DNA from: Octopus bimaculoides
Lineage: Eukaryota
Direction: 5' to 3'
Assembly: GCF_001194135.2 (NCBI RefSeq)
Contig: NC_068982.1
Span: 45,297,653 to 45,331,089, forward strand
DNA: 33,437 nucleotides
This document shows positions 33,120-33,437 of this stretch, in pieces (the stretch's first letter is position 1; the number at the start of each line of letters is the position of its first letter). Position numbers and translations under genes: made by a program. The notes under the pieces were generated by a model. It was given only the letters and a program-made list of their open reading frames with translations, was not told the DNA's origin and did not search any database.

Positions 33120-33437
33120 TAGGTGTAGGAGTGGCTGTGTGGTAAGTAGCTTGCTTACCAACCACATGGTCCCGGGTTCAGTCCCACTGCGTGGCATCTT
33201 GGGCAAGTGTCTTGTACTATAGCCTCGGGCCGACCAAAGCCTTGTGAGTGGATTTGGTAGACGGAAACTGAAAGAAGCCCGTCGTATATATGTATATATA
33301 TATATGGATGTGTGTATATGTTTGTGTGTCTGTGTTTGTCTCCCCAACATCGCTTGACAACCGATGCTGGTGTGTTTATGTCCCCGTAACTTAGCGGCTC
33401 GGCAAAAGAGACCGATAGAATAAGTACTAGGCTTCTA
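33120..33437 (+). mobile_element. SINE family A, young-looking copy (cut by window edge)
   Basis: A box TGGCTGTGTGG (33132), B box GGTTCAGTCC (33175), internal (TA)n/(GT)n microsatellite, conserved 3' body. Confidence 0.9.

Noticed and set aside
33120-33200. tRNA gene
   Set aside because: A and B boxes are present but continue into a multi-copy SINE body; no cloverleaf or terminator.

Overview
Repeat-saturated eukaryotic (animal) DNA with many N-gaps, most flanked by microsatellites. I found no convincing host protein-coding exon, rRNA, tRNA gene or CRISPR array. The SINE families resemble those I associate with octopus/cephalopod genomes (recognition, not a database result). The window is a mosaic of decayed mobile elements: four Penelope-like (PLE) GIY-YIG fragments, two minimal hammerhead-ribozyme-like motifs, three R4/Dong-type LINE fragments, a 5'-intact but 3'-truncated Tx1/L1-type LINE, two DD37D (maT) Tc1/mariner copies, three hAT-type MITEs with 8-bp TSDs, Helentron-like non-autonomous elements, a tandem pair of LTR-like units and about 15 tRNA-derived SINE copies. 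The most unusual structure is at 7698-7983. Read on the minus strand it is an array of six units, each an LTR-end-like hexamer (GTYACA), 2-3 nt and a TGG-initiated motif. Five of these motifs match the primer-binding site complementary to the tRNA-Trp 3' end (the sixth only weakly), and the units are separated by largely different spacers. ORFs in the supplied track that run through N-gaps or microsatellites are artefacts.
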